This document shows positions 24,365 to 37,500 of a stretch of 51,169 bases of DNA, one piece after another. Below the pieces are notes generated by a model that did not search any database, had not been told where the DNA came from, and saw only the letters and a program-made list of their open reading frames with translations. The position numbers and the translations under genes are program-made. This stretch comes from Catajapyx aquilonaris. Taxonomy: Eukaryota. The stretch lies in contig KZ538725.1 of assembly GCA_000934665.2 (NCBI GenBank), positions 1-51,169 on the forward strand. Reading direction: 5' to 3'. Position 1 is the first letter of the stretch. Each line of letters opens with the position of its first letter.

Positions 24365-26529
24365 AGGCGCTTGGAAAGACGCGAAGTTGTCATATCATGC
24401 ATGTAGCCTACAGTATACTCGTATAATATGATAATCTCCGAGATATAAAAGATGAAGTAGGCCAGGCCTATATTTTGGTACGACCATCTCCGCTTACATT
24501 AAAAAAATACTGCCAACAACGTACAGTACATCTGCAAGGTCGTGCCACAGAGTACACTGCTCGGAATTCAATCTAAGGTTCTAAGCTAATGCGATTTAAC
24601 TTTTAATCTCGGGCGTCTCCTGAACGTCATTACGAATTTGTAGCGGTGGAAATGGACGCAATGAAGTTCTCATATATTTGTAAAATGTAAGCATATTATA
24701 TTGAAAGCCTTCACCTGCAAACTCTGAAATCTTATATGCAGAAGGATAATATATAGGCATCAATTTAGACAAAATAATTACTGCAGTGGAGAACTAAAAT
24801 GTACTCGTTCTTCACAGTGTGAAAGTGTTGATTGGGCAAAATAGTAGGCTTCTATCGTTTTTATACCAGTATCCCTTCACTTCTGATCCTCCGGGAAACT
24901 GGCGGATGGAAGCCAAGACCGAGCTGTGTTGCAATTAGTTGGTGTTTGTTTGTGCCCACCATTCCGATTATAATTATGTCGTAAAACTTGCTACAATAGT
25001 AAACAAACATTGGTGCGCTGGGGTTGTAGCTTGTTTAACTACTAGTACAGTGCAATATTCCAGAGATTCTGATGCTGTTGCATGTGAATGAATAGTGCAA
25101 GTCGTGTGATGTGCACTAAGCTACAAAAGGAGCCGGCAGGAAAGACAAAGGGTTTTAGGAGAAAACATCGCTAATTTTGAAAGGAATTTTCACGAAAGGA
25201 TACTACGGGGATATGTGCTGCCTGTATGGCGCAAAATATGAAGTTCATGTACCCAGTCGCGACTACTTGGCAACTATTAGGCTACTTAAGGAATTCTTGG
25301 AGCCTGATTTACGCTATCACTCATGTTACGTCGATATGCCAGAACAAAGATGCGGCTAAGTGAATGATTGACAAGATTATTTCGGTTTTAGAACGACAGT
25401 CTGTCTTGAAACTGATGATCTTAACAAACTCGATTTACAATGGCGTTGAGCACATTTTGTCTTTTTTTCGCCTATAATATCGAGGATCGAACATTTTCCA
25501 ACACACCAGATATTCGGCGAACAGTTTAGTTGCTATTTAACTCAGTTATTAATAGGCATGCAACAGAGTGCGAGAAACCTTCGCATCGGAGAGGAACAGA
25601 CATCTTCCAGTATTTCGCAATGTTCTCTATATTTTGCTCCTATTTTGCTTGTGTGGAAGGTCAGTAGTCGCCAACTTTGTTATATCACATGTATAGGTTC
25701 ACACCCAATTTTTTGACAAATTTTCTCAAGCCCGAATTAAATTGACTGTTCCTATAACGCCTAATTTAGTGCTGTACAATATGAAGACCTGAAATAATGC
25801 AGAACGGCCAGTGAAATTTGAGTGAATTTGATCTGTGAGGGTTTAAGTTTAAAGGCTGTATTATCCATTATGGGATGTCTTTGTTTTTTCAAGCATTTTC
25901 CTATGGAACTGTAATTGACATGTTAGAATACTGACTTGACCAGTATATAGTGCGTATCATGGACTACATTACATTCATTTAAGATATTTCGATTTTCTTC
26001 CGACCAAAATGCGACTTTGATCGTCCTGCATCTCAGGTCTTCATATTAAAAACTTGGTGACATAGCTTATATTATGAAAAGATTGAAAACAGCATTCCAA
26101 GCAGGACTGGACACTGCTCATCGGAGCGAATAGTGTGGCAGTGCTAGGAAGGATGGCACCTGTGGATACAGCTCTACTGGGACAAAGAAAATGAGGAGCG
26201 CATGTGCATCGGCCTTACAAGGGAGACTGGTTATGACCATGTCCTACCGACCGTAGTCCTATACTGGTAAATCTTGACCCAAGACGTTGACGGAGGCGCA
26301 GAAGCCAGAGCAGGAAAGATCGCGAATTCGTCTGCTCTGACGCCGTGCTATCAAGCAATTCAAAGCAATTTGTCAAATGGCATTAACCCACATCACAGCT
26401 ATTTTGAGAATTTTATATTATTGTAACCATAAATATGTACTTTATAATATGCATTTGGTCATATGACTGTTTAATGCTTTCTGCCACATATTCCAATACT
26501 CTCAAGTGTAACCAAAAGTGTAAGAAGTT

Positions 26530-26854
26530 GGGGAGGTGTAGATGGCCGAGATGGTAACGTCTCGGCTTGCTGAGTGAAAGGTCCCAGGTTCGGTTCCCGC
26601 ATCACCTGCGTCAGGAGGGTCTCTGACCTGCACCTTGGAGGTGTCTGGCAACCTAACCTCCTGGGGAACAGCACATGACCCCTTTACCGACATTGCACTT
26701 GATCCAATGTTCCCTCCCCAAAAATCTCCCTATCCATATACCCTACATCCTTGACTCCTTGCACCGGTGAATGAAGTAAATATAGGAAAATGGAATGTAA
26801 TGGTGGTATTCCACCCCCCTAGAAAGGCTCAGCCTTATCACGGGGTAACGTAAA
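26530..26854 (+). mobile_element. tRNA-derived SINE
   Basis: A-box TGGCCGAGATGG (26543), B-box-like GGTTCGGTTCC (26587). Exact 16-bp TSD AAAAGTGTAAGAAGTT at 26514-26529 and 26855-26870. 3' stem-loop tail. Confidence 0.9.
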
Positions 26855-29292
26855 AAAAGTGTAAGAAGTTAATGCCTTTTGCCAAATCGCTACCGAGTTG
26901 GTCAAAGAAGGTCCATAATGGTGCAAACTCAACTCTATAATGTAGACCTTATAAAAATTGTCACATGTGTACCAAAACCTGATGACATATGACCTGCAGC
27001 CTGAACACACAGACACCTAGTCGACCTAGAAAAGGAATACGTGGAAACCAACCATGGTAGCAAGTGGATGACAACTTCGTCGTCATGGCCCACATGCAAA
27101 ATCTCCCATCCTTTCTCAGGTAAGCAGTATGGTGATCGGGAGGCAGGAGGTCTATAGACTGATCGATATCTCGGCATCTACTAAGATGGGTTAGAGAACT
27201 AAACCTGACTATACTTTGAATACAACTAGTTGTTACATGTAGGCCATATGCCAAAAATATCCTAGCGTTATACAGAGTGTTTAAAAACTATATGTGTACA
27301 AATTTTAATGGGATATAGGGTAATATCAAGCAGTGTGATGCGCTGTACATGATATTCCCTATACAAGTACTGTACTGTACGTGCTGGTACGTGCAATGGT
27401 AACAATAAAAACTTGATTTCCTCCGCATGTCTGATTAGGCTAAGACTCGGAGCCAAAAATTATTAGCCAAAAGACTAGTCTTATTAAACTGAAGCCAATG
27501 CAGGAGTTACTGCCTACATTGTATAGTATATTATATTGGCCTACTAGCTATCGGTACAGTACTATTGTGGAAAGTAGTTTTTTGCATGTGCCTGTACTTG
27601 CGGGCCTCTTTTGCTACATGTGAGCAATGTTTACCTGAGGTAGTGGAACTCACAGGATATGCCAAAAAGAATAAGTGCTCGCAATAATATATGCCTACTG
27701 CACATTTGGCACAGTATATGTGCAAAAACCCTTTGAGAATGCTTTGCAGGCCTAGAAACAGTATATACATGTATCATACAAACTTCTTACCTAAAATGTA
27801 GGCTGATATACAACGTAGTGGCCAAAATGTGAACAGTCACTTGGCTGTTTATAAATATTCGAAAAGGCATTCGTGGCTGTTGCTGTAAGATACGTATATT
27901 GTTCAGCACAGATTAACATCATCCATCCCGCTATATTACATAACACGTGCCAGCACCACAAAAGGAGAGAAGTCTACACTTGCCAAGAAAAGTGCATAAA
28001 GGTGGTAAAAGCTATTAATGGCACCCAATGCTGCCCACATGAAACTGATACATTGCTCACTGTATATAGGGTAGGTATGACTGTGTTTACACGTGACGGT
28101 TAGATGTACGTACATGTTCAAAAAATGCATTTATGCTATAGTTTTATACAACCTTACTAAAGTTTTTACACGTGGCACATACGTGAAGAAAGCAGCTATG
28201 AAAGAATGTATACCGAAATATGAAAGTATATAAATCCGCACAGTTAAGGTCGTGCTTGGGTAATGCAATACATATTTTCATAACCGTTGCGAATAATGCG
28301 TGATATGAGATTAATTTTGACACAGTTTTGCTTTCATCACGTTATTACAAAACATTGTAAAAATACAGGGTGTTTTGTAATGATTCAAACTCCATGGTAA
28401 TTTCATGGGCACTTTATGCAGAGGTGTCATTTGGTCTCCGCAGCCTTTTTGCTGACGTGAAATAATTATTATGGCACTATGACCGGTGGTGACGGTCGGG
28501 TAATGCGGAAAGAGTTGGGATTATAGAACGACGCACAACTACAAAACGGAGTAAATATTAGAGATATAGTTACAGTATAATAAATGGGGTTTACCCCTCA
28601 CAATAGGCGTTACATTGTAGTAGCTCGCTAGCCCGTGCTACCACCTAACTGTCTCCTCTACATCATAATACATACCGTATACGAATAGTGTTCCCTTTTA
28701 TACTGCATCTCTCGTTGACCCATGTATTCCAATGTTACCCCATCTCTTGTGCATGATGTTGTTGTTCAAGCTAGGACAATGGTTGCTGCAACTGGGATAA
28801 TGTAATGTCTAGTAATGCCTTGTTGCGACTGTGACAGCACAATTTAAAGCTGCTGAGCATGGTAGCATATTGTACGTTGCTGATGCAGTCTACACGTCAT
28901 TTTCGCATGAGCTCGACATGCCTGTTAGATTTAATGAGATTGTAGTTTAAAGTATAATTTACATGGAAACGCTCATATTTCTAAAGGATTCCCCTCGGCA
29001 AGCAGTATTGACTGAGAACTTTTATGCCTTGTTTTGAGCTCATTATCTCAGTAACGAGGCTTCGGATACCAAATGCCACTTCTACCCTTGACCTTCTGAT
29101 GCTTTAGTTTACTCTAGAAGTTTGTCTAAAGGAAACTAGTCCCTTCATTTTACTTATGTGCATTCATCAGATTTTCTTCCAGAGGCCAACACAGATGCAT
29201 AATTAGAGTCTTCAACGATATATTTGGAGTAATATTTTTGTTGTTCTAATAGAACAGTGCGACTCTTCGAATTACAGAGAAATCCTTATTAA

Positions 29293-30215
29293 CCCTTTGC
29301 TGCCTACGGCCATCATATGATGTCCGGAGATTTGCCCTGTCAACTTGGGTCATTTTTCAACGCAAAAAATTTCAACCTCACCGATTTTCTTGAAATTCGG
29401 TGCATTGGTAGCCCACCCCAAGGGATGGAAAACGCACCTATAGTTACCTGATCAAAAGGACCTCGTGACCCAATTTTGAGGGGGCAGAGGTCAAATCATA
29501 AAATTTCGACCTCACCGATTTTCTTGAAATTCGCTGCATTGGTAGCCCACACCAAGGGATGAAAAACGCACCTATAGTTACCTGATCAAAATGACCTTGT
29601 GACCCAATTTTGAGGGGGGCAGTGGTCAAATCATAAAATTTCGACCTCACCGATTATCTTCAAATTCGGTGCATTAGTAGCCCACACCAAGGGATGACAA
29701 ACACACCTATAGTTCCCTGCTCGACATGACCCTGTGACCCATATTGGAGGGGACCTATGTCAATGCGCCGAATTTCAAGAAAATTTGTGACTGGCACTTG
29801 CAAAGTCTCCCTTGTGATTCACTAAGGCGGGTAGCACGTGTACGCAAAAAAAGGAAGTGTGTATAACCTTGGTATAACCCCCGAATTTCAAGAAAATCGG
29901 TGAGGTTGGAATTTGACCTCTGCCCTCATCAGAATTGGGTCACGAGGTCATTTTGATCATGTAACTATAGGTGCATTTTTCATCCCTTGGGGTGGGCTAC
30001 CAATGCCCCGAATCTCAAGAAAATCAGTGAGGTCGATATTTTATGATTTGACCTCTGCCCCCCTCAAAATTGGGTCACGAGGTCATTTTGATCAGGTAAC
30101 TATAGGTGCGTTTTTCATCCCTTGGGGTGGGCTACCAATGCACCGAATTTCAAGAAAATCGGCGAGGTCATAAAATTTCCGGAAAAGGGGGAAAAAAAAC
30201 TCCGTCATCAAAGGG
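29293..30215. mobile_element. piggyBac-like non-autonomous element carrying inverted arrays of a 134-135 bp tandem repeat
   Basis: TTAA|CCCTTTG ... CAAAGGG|TTAA (TTAA at 29289 and 30216). Repeat anchor CCTCACCGATT at 29376, 29510 and 29645. Reverse-complement copies at about 29881-30178. Confidence 0.88.
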
Positions 30216-30240
30216 TTAAGAAGAAGAGTAGAGAGTAGGT

Positions 30241-30253
30241 AGAGAGAGAGAGA

Positions 30254-30302
<49 letters not shown>
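30241..30302. repeat. (AG)n microsatellite
   Basis: About 31 AG units with one interruption. Confidence 0.97.
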
Positions 30303-30308
<6 letters not shown>

Positions 30309-31305
30309 CATAGAGTCAAATTTTGAGCATCTTAATATAAGTTAATTTATTTATCCACTCATCGGAAATCGTATGGGTAGTAGGCATGTAGTCTACTATC
30401 ACTGGTAAATTGACGAATGCGATCTATGTTGCATGTTACTGTATGCTACAACAGAATGTTATAAATTATTACGTATAATCGTATATGAAGATGATAAGGA
30501 TACCGCATGCTTTAAGAGTTTAAGTTGTTGGTTGAATCCAGCAAACTTGTATAAGGTCACATCTCACTAATATTTATTATTAGTGAAATACGCACTGTAA
30601 TGCTCAATTAGCGTAAAGTTAAATTTAGGCAATGTCGCGACAACAATCAGCAGGTAAATCCTAGGCATCATTAATCACTCGAGACAACTGATCGCCTCTT
30701 AAGAATTTTTTTTGGGCTATAATATTCAATATTGGTAATACTGATCAGTAGTCATATCTCATATGGCGCGGCGTCCAGGCGCGACTTTGGCGCAGTACGG
30801 GCTGCATACCAGTTTTAGGGCAAACCTACGGGAAAACAAAGCCTTGAAAGCATTTTGGGGGGAGTAAATCCGACAACTGTCGGCTTTGGAATTTCCAACC
30901 CCATGGGGACAAGACGTCCACATTTTTCCGTCTTCCAATTTCAGGCACCGGAGAAGAACAAGTTCCTGGAAGGCAGAAAGGGTCGCAACCAGTTGTGAAA
31001 ATACCTTTTGCGGTTGTCGAAATTTTGGAGACGAAGGCCCACCTTTTCAAACTCCCATCTTCCTTTCTGCCCTCCCCACTTCCCCCCTACCCTTAACCCC
31101 TCATTATTTGTACCTGAGGAGACAGGACATGGAAATGGGACAGACAGCGGGATGTCGAGACTGGTCTCGAGGCCAGCCGCTTTTATTTTCAAATGTCGTC
31201 TGGTTCCGAAATCCTGCTCTGACCGCAACCTTCTACGGTCAAGGCCTACACATGGAGAGGTTACCAATGCCATGGACGAAGTTGGACCCAGAAAGATGAA
31301 CTGAG

Positions 31306-31553
31306 CAGGGTGTATAAACAATATTCGAGTAAATTGTAGTGCCCATACATATAAAAATGCAACTCTTGGAGGCCATCTTATTAGATGTTCCCCCTCGCAT
31401 GTAGCGCATTAAAATAGCTTTGAAATGCACACAACAAGTTTAGGATTTGTATACTGAGCTTCTTGGAGTTGTGGTCATATAAGTAACAGCGTATGGGCTG
31501 TACTAATTACTGTATAATAAAAGTTAATTAATGGATTAACGTGAAACACCCTG
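31306..31553. mobile_element. Possible decayed Tc1/mariner MITE
   Basis: CAGGGTGT at 31306 and ACACCCTG|TA at 31546-31555. Only an 8-bp terminal match, and the left TA is absent. Confidence 0.3.
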
Positions 31554-32087
31554 TACACCGTGGATACAATCTGCGGCTCGTCCATAGTTTCGGTCACTGC
31601 GAGTTACACCTCATGAGATCGCAGCTTAACATTAAATCGCATCATATCACCTAAAATTAATATTTAACAGGCTAGATCGGTGGATTAACGCATATAACGA
31701 GAATAATATTTTTAATATAACAAAAATATCAATAATAAACGTTAATTAATTAACTATTATTATTAAAAATCCCAATATTCCCAGATGGGGGTCGAATATA
31801 GTAGTTTCTAAATATAAATGGGCACCTGGATCGGGGCGCAACTATAGCTATACAAAATAATCACAGCTTCGAGCGAAATTTCCTGTAACAGTATAACTAA
31901 AACGACCAGGTAGCAAAATGCAGCTGTGTTATATTTTCCCATACATGCTGGTGTCAAATGCTTTGTGAACTACGATGGTCAAGTGGCATTCCAAACCTGG
32001 CGGCTCTCTATGCAAGGAGTGCAGAGTGGAATGTTATGGCAAAATTATCTATCTTTCGGCACCAGTTCGGCACTATTATATGATGGC

Positions 32088-32146
32088 TATCAGTGGGAGT
32101 GTGTCTATACTGTATAATATACAGTATAGACACACTCCCACTGATA
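32088..32146. repeat. Perfect palindrome with 29-bp arms and a 1-nt centre
   Basis: TATCAGTGGGAGTGTGTCTATACTGTATA-A-TATACAGTATAGACACACTCCCACTGATA. Confidence 0.95.
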
Positions 32147-33522
32147 TTATATATTATATGATGTGGTTTATTGGAGCAGCCGATGCAGCTAAGGCTACGA
32201 GTCATAAATACACCTGTGTATGACTGCTAGTCTAAAATGCATTGACGCCATAACATAAGATGATCTAATGTAGCCATCAGCCAAATAATGAACCAGCACC
32301 TGTAAGTGCAAATTGTGGTGTTATGAGGATATTATATTCGGGCCAAATGCATGGCATAACGTAATTAAATAACGTACTTTGAATTCATGGTCAGATGTTA
32401 TTCCGGCTGTGAAGCGTTGCAAATCATGCAAGCAATACTGTACAAGTGAGGGAAAAAAGGTGCTCTCGTTTATTTCTGTCCTTGTCACGTTATTTCTGCC
32501 CTGAATGTATCAGGTCTTCTTCCAACATTGTGACATCCTCATCTCGTGAGGACACGAACGCTGTTTCCAAAATAGGCCTCCGTAACTCCTGGTCTGGGCC
32601 TCCCAGAATCCCACATGCTGCGGCACATTCGCCTGAACCGTGTATAGCCAGTAGAGTGCGCAAGTCTGTTTCCTAGGAAGACGTCGTATAACACAGGTGC
32701 GAATTATTCGTGGTCGGAAGCACGACTCCCGCGTGTTCTGTCCGATTCAAGGAATCCGTCAGAGGGTGTGGGTCCAGGAACATGAAAAACTAGGATCGCT
32801 AAGGGTTTCCTGAGAAAAAAAATTGGTGGGGGAGAGGGGGACTACTTACTAAGACACCCACAAAAAAAGACAACAAAAAAATGAACATGGCGTGCAGGAC
32901 ACTTTCGTGATGGCATGCTTCCCGTTTCCCAGCATCTCATTCCATTGGAAATGTCCAATAGACCAATACTTTCCCATATCCAGATTACTTAAGTCACTAT
33001 GGAGTGATCCACATTCATGATATGCTACAGTTATACGTGAAAGTTTCAAATGCGAGCTTTTGGGAGAAATGACATATCATGATGGACCATTCGAGTATCT
33101 GTACTGCACGACCAACTCGCTATTCGAACTTGTTATTTGCATGTCTCAGTAAAAGTAATTAGGCAACATGTTATGCCTATTTTAAATACAATTTGTGACA
33201 CCCCTCACTAGCTGGCCGTTGGTTGGCTATAGTGATGATGAATATTGTTGGTAGTTTTGATACTGATGCGCCGGAGACGAAGGTCTAGCTACGTTTCAAG
33301 ATTATGTTGTGTTTTCTTTTCTTCCGACCCAAATACGGGCGTCAATATACTACTCTGAAGAAAAGCCGGCAATCTTTCTATACATATGCAATTATTGAAC
33401 CGAGCTCAGCAGCACTAGAAAAAAGGTGGAATCCAAAAATTGGTGAAACCCGAAGAGAAAATATTGACGAAACTGGGAAAAATAATACTCGACAATATTC
33501 TTGTAGACTGCATAATGGTATA

Positions 33523-33851
33523 CGCTGAAAAGTTGGTGTTGGTGTATATTTGTGTGTGTAATGTGAGACTAAGGCCGAGTTGCACCGGATCCTGAAGAAT
33601 TTGTCAGCCGAAAAAGAGGCTTAATGTATTAGAATTGCACTAAAATGTGTAATAATACACGCTTGGTTGGTATAAGAATATAATCGTACATGAAATCCAG
33701 TTGACGCACTTGATGTGTATTATTACACACAAATCAATTGTGTATTCATACACATTTTAGTGCACACTGTACTTTTACACATTTTAGTGTCACAAGGCGC
33801 AAACACGCATTTATGAAGCAAGTGTGCATTACATAACATCAATTTTCAGTG
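33523..33851. mobile_element. Degenerate CAC-terminated non-autonomous DNA element
   Basis: TA|CGCTGAAAAGTTGGTGTT versus AACATCAATTTTCAGTG|TA. Internal ACACATTTTAGTG / CACTAAAATGTGT repeats in both orientations. Confidence 0.55.
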
Positions 33852-36122
33852 TAGGTCTATACGTGGATATGTCGATACTGTATAGGACTGTCTATAGACT
33901 CTATACAGATGGCTACACATGTAAGGTAGCTGCGAGGCGGGAAGGAATCTCTTATATGGCCTGTTACTTTTGTACCTGTTGATGATTTCCCAGACTTGCC
34001 ATGGTAACAGCGAGATGAGACTGAGGAATATTACAGTACCGGTCCGTAGAGTACTTCAAATGTCTGGATCTGGTATAGGTGTACATATGACCTTTAACAC
34101 TGACCGCATCACGCAGTTCCTCAAGTGCCATTCAATATGGTGCAGTCCTTTGATACACCTGATTGGTGTATTCCAGTAAATGAACAGGATGCAGCTCTTG
34201 AGGGTTCAATATGTGGACAACAAAAGTGTATTATATTTCTTTCTTATTGGATGGAATTTCAATGGGTGTAGCACCGATTAATCGCAAAAAATTCGTGAGG
34301 ACCGACTTTGAGACAGCTCAGTATGGAATTCAATATGTTGAAGTTTAAATCTGAGATGTGTGTAATTGCTTTAAATTATTACCAAAGGTGGGAAGGTCTG
34401 AACCGCCCAACACAGGCTTGACACGAATGCAGTGCCGTGTAACTACTTGTTATTGACAGGTAAAATTAAAACTCTTGCTTCTGTAATGTGTAGGTTATAT
34501 TTTCCGCGAATTTGAAGCACAGAACTATTATTTTCCGTGCCGATGCTGTAAACCAGATTTCCTTGATAGTTATAATTAACTTGTTGGAATAAACATGCTA
34601 AAATATCTGCCAATATAAAAATTAAATGCATGTCCCTACCCTATAACCACGTACACAAAAAATATCAGCAAAAGTACATTTTTTTGGCTTGCTGGGGAGG
34701 AAGTGGTGTGAGTACCCTGATGGAACAAACAATCAGATGTGAAAACAAGTAGCTGGAAAATTCTCGGAATGGAAGAGGGTGTGTGTATAGGGGAGGTAAA
34801 GGGAAAGGTAGGGGGCTTCGCCTTTTTCCGGCTAAACGAAAGGAAGCGTATTAGTTCATGACGACTCATAATAATGACCCCCTTCGACTTCCTAGAGACA
34901 CACCTGACCGTTGAATAATGAGCGTTCATAGTTTTTACCAACGACACTACAGTAGCAGGTGTTTGTACATTATATGCTATCAAGTCATACAGGAAATGTG
35001 CATTTTAATTGTGATACTTAGGCTATATATGGTATAATATTTTTATAAATAATGTAGGACTGATTCTTTTGTCATGAGACACTATATGCTTATTGTTAAC
35101 TTAATAACTAATGGTCTCCTCCAATATGTCAATACTACCAAAGTAATTAAAAAATGAAGGCTACATAGAGCATATTCGTTACTACTACCACATGTGATGC
35201 AATGTAGCGGTATGAATTTTTGTTATTAATTTGTGCGTGCTTCCTATAGGTGGAGCCAGTGCTGAAAAATCAAGATACTTATTTGGATTGAGCTGAGAGA
35301 GCCTTGCACATCTGTGGGCCTCTGCGTCATACACGAGCTCGGCAGGTTTTTTGGGAGACATTTTAAAGTGGAAAAAAATCTGAGGGGGATGTTTGCTTGT
35401 GGGAAACGGATGACAGCTGCAGCCTTTCTGCTCTCAATTATACCTCTATGTTTTGGAGTTTTCCAGGTGGACTATCTTCATTGCAACTGACATCACTCGA
35501 CCGTAAAAATTGCCGTAAGGGGGTTTGTAACCGTCCAAATGGGAGCTGTAACTAAATAATGAGCCTTTTTACTTCGTGTACATTTCTTCCAAGAAGTATG
35601 GGGAAAAGGACCATTATTTGTAGGAATATTTGACTTGTTATCGTAGTTGCTATGGGGGATTGGTGGCATGTTCGTCAGTGTTATTGTTATTGTGTTGGAT
35701 GCAGTTCGTATCCATGAGAACGGAAATGACACTGCAAGATATCTTGGGGTAATATTTCTATTCCCTTACCAATAGGATGAGAATCATACACAGCGTATAC
35801 TATACGGTATGTTCCTCAAAACAAAGAGCTTCGCTGACAACACAACGTCGAGGGGAACAGACATCGCGAGATAAAAATTTATACGAAGATATTATTTTGT
35901 AGCCTACTATGTAGCCTACATCAGGTGGTGTTCCAATAATTGAAATGTATGTTTTAATTGACGATTTTTGGCACTAATCTGCCTTTTTTAGGCTGTTACT
36001 TTTGAATAGTTAATTTTAGTGGTTATATAAAAAATTAGCGATAAGTTGCGCAAACCTATCCTTTTTAGCGCCTGCACCGAGGCTTGACCTGCCAAAATGC
36101 GTTCTGTCAGTGATATTCGATA

Positions 36123-36404
36123 ACCGAAGCAGGTTGGCATAGTGGATAAGGCGTCCGACTGCTAATCGGGAGGTCCTGGGATCGAATCCCGGGGCCGGCA
36201 ACTCTGACCGTGGTTTTCTGTGGTATTCCACGGTCCTTCCAGGAAAATTCCGGAGTTGCTTCCGTAATTAATAGGCCACAGCCGCTTCCTTCCGTCCCTA
36301 TCATATCCCAAAGAGCACAGTAAAATGAAAGCAAAGAGTTCCAGGCAAAACAAACTTCCCCCCTAAAGAGCCGATGGCTGATAACGGGGTATGAATTATT
36401 ATTA
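36123..36404 (+). mobile_element. tRNA-derived SINE
   Basis: tRNA-like head 36129-36200 (TGGCATAGTGG A-box, TCCGA-CTGCTAA-TCGGG arm, GGATCGAATCC B-box). Body GGTTTTCTGTGGT...CCAGGAAAATTCCGG...AGGCCACAGCCGCTTCCTTCC resembles arthropod SINE cores. (ATT)n tail. TSD CA(G/T)TGATATTCGATA at 36108-36122 and 36405-36419. Confidence 0.9.
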
Positions 36405-36753
36405 CATTGATATTCGATATTACTTGTTACAGCGAGCCATTCCCAATCGGAAATTCTAAATTCATCACATTACTTGAAACAAAATAATGTTCTGTGACAT
36501 TTTTTAAAAAACTTCTATCCTATGCCGTCCCTCTTCACCCCATAATTTGCCAAAGAGGTGCGTGCCTTCGATTTTGTCACAGGCGGTTGCAACATGTCTC
36601 TCGTGACGTCGCGTCGGAGGATTTATTGCGCGCTGATCAGTCCTTTGGTCACACGGGAGATTTCGTCGCAGGAGACAAATCGTAGGATATGTTTCACATG
36701 TGACTCGAGCCTGAACCCTGTACACACTCCCAGACATCAGTCGCGCATTACCA

Positions 36754-36864
36754 CAGTATTCAGTGTGTTCCAAAGTATTGGGGTCCTTTAAGTTATCACA
36801 AATTTCGGGCTAAAGCAATGGCTAAAAGTATAATACCCGAACACTTGGAACACACTGCACACTG
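36754..36864. repeat. Imperfect inverted repeat (old MITE remnant)
   Basis: CAGTGTGTTCCAA..TATTGGGGT versus ACCCGAACAC.TTGGAACACACTG. Confidence 0.55.
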
Positions 36865-37413
36865 CGCAACTTACAGGCTTCAGGACCATTTGCATATTCG
36901 CTAGTCCCCTTCTGGAAGCTCCAAAAAAATCGTTACTTCAATTTGTGATCAGGCCGTGTGGTCTTGGTAGAGGCATCATTAGACCTTGTCATACGTTGTT
37001 GTTACGGATTTTTGGAGGGAATAAAGTAGGAAAATGGTTCCAAATTGGGGATATGTGAAAGAATTTTTTTTACACCAACATGAATTATGAATGAAGGAAG
37101 AAAATGGAATTACATGACATGCTAAAAAGGAGGTTTTGCTGAATTCCATTCAGCTTTAATATGCTATGCATTCGTAATGACACATCACTTAATGCACAAG
37201 CCCTGTATGTTACAGTCAAAACTGTAGTAAGTCTATATAATATAGTGGGAAACTGGTGGGAAATAAAAGTATGAAATCAAACATGCAATGCAGCATGGTA
37301 GAGGTCACCGACTATTATATCTGAATAAAAATGGTATATTTTGAACCGCGGCCGCGGGGTAAAATATGTAGATATACTGTATATGCCTATCACCTTGGAA
37401 GCCTGTACCTGCT

Positions 37414-37500
37414 GTCCAACAAGAATTGTCGCAGCGGCTCGTGTCCCTGTGCTCGTAGATTGTAGTTCGTGCGCTGCCGCTGCGACAATTCTTGTTGGAC
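37414..37500. repeat. Inverted repeat with perfect 25-bp arms and a 37-nt spacer (small MITE-like)
   Basis: GTCCAACAAGAATTGTCGCAGCGGC ... GCCGCTGCGACAATTCTTGTTGGAC. Confidence 0.9.

Noticed and set aside
26095..27190. Reverse-transcriptase remnants (RTGHC- and RKDGRFCM-like peptides)
   Set aside because: The matches are only a few residues long with no continuing RT motifs; not supportable by eye.
29366..30178. Regularly spaced repeats as a CRISPR-like array or repeat-protein ORFs
   Set aside because: The units are contiguous 134-135 bp tandem repeats without unique spacers, lie inside a TTAA-flanked transposon, and have no cas genes nearby in this eukaryotic context. The ORFs there are repeat artefacts.
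30826..31321. Cluster of overlapping 75-137 aa ORFs in a GC-richer patch
   Set aside because: No recognisable protein motif in any frame; possibly a decayed repeat. A tBLASTx or Dfam search would be needed.
36129..36200. Functional tRNA-Ser(GCT)
   Set aside because: There is no long variable arm, the acceptor stem is mismatched and the T-loop reads ATCG. It continues into a SINE body with a tail and TSD.
37414..37500. pre-miRNA hairpin
   Set aside because: Perfect arms with a 37-nt spacer fit a MITE better; no known miRNA was recognised.
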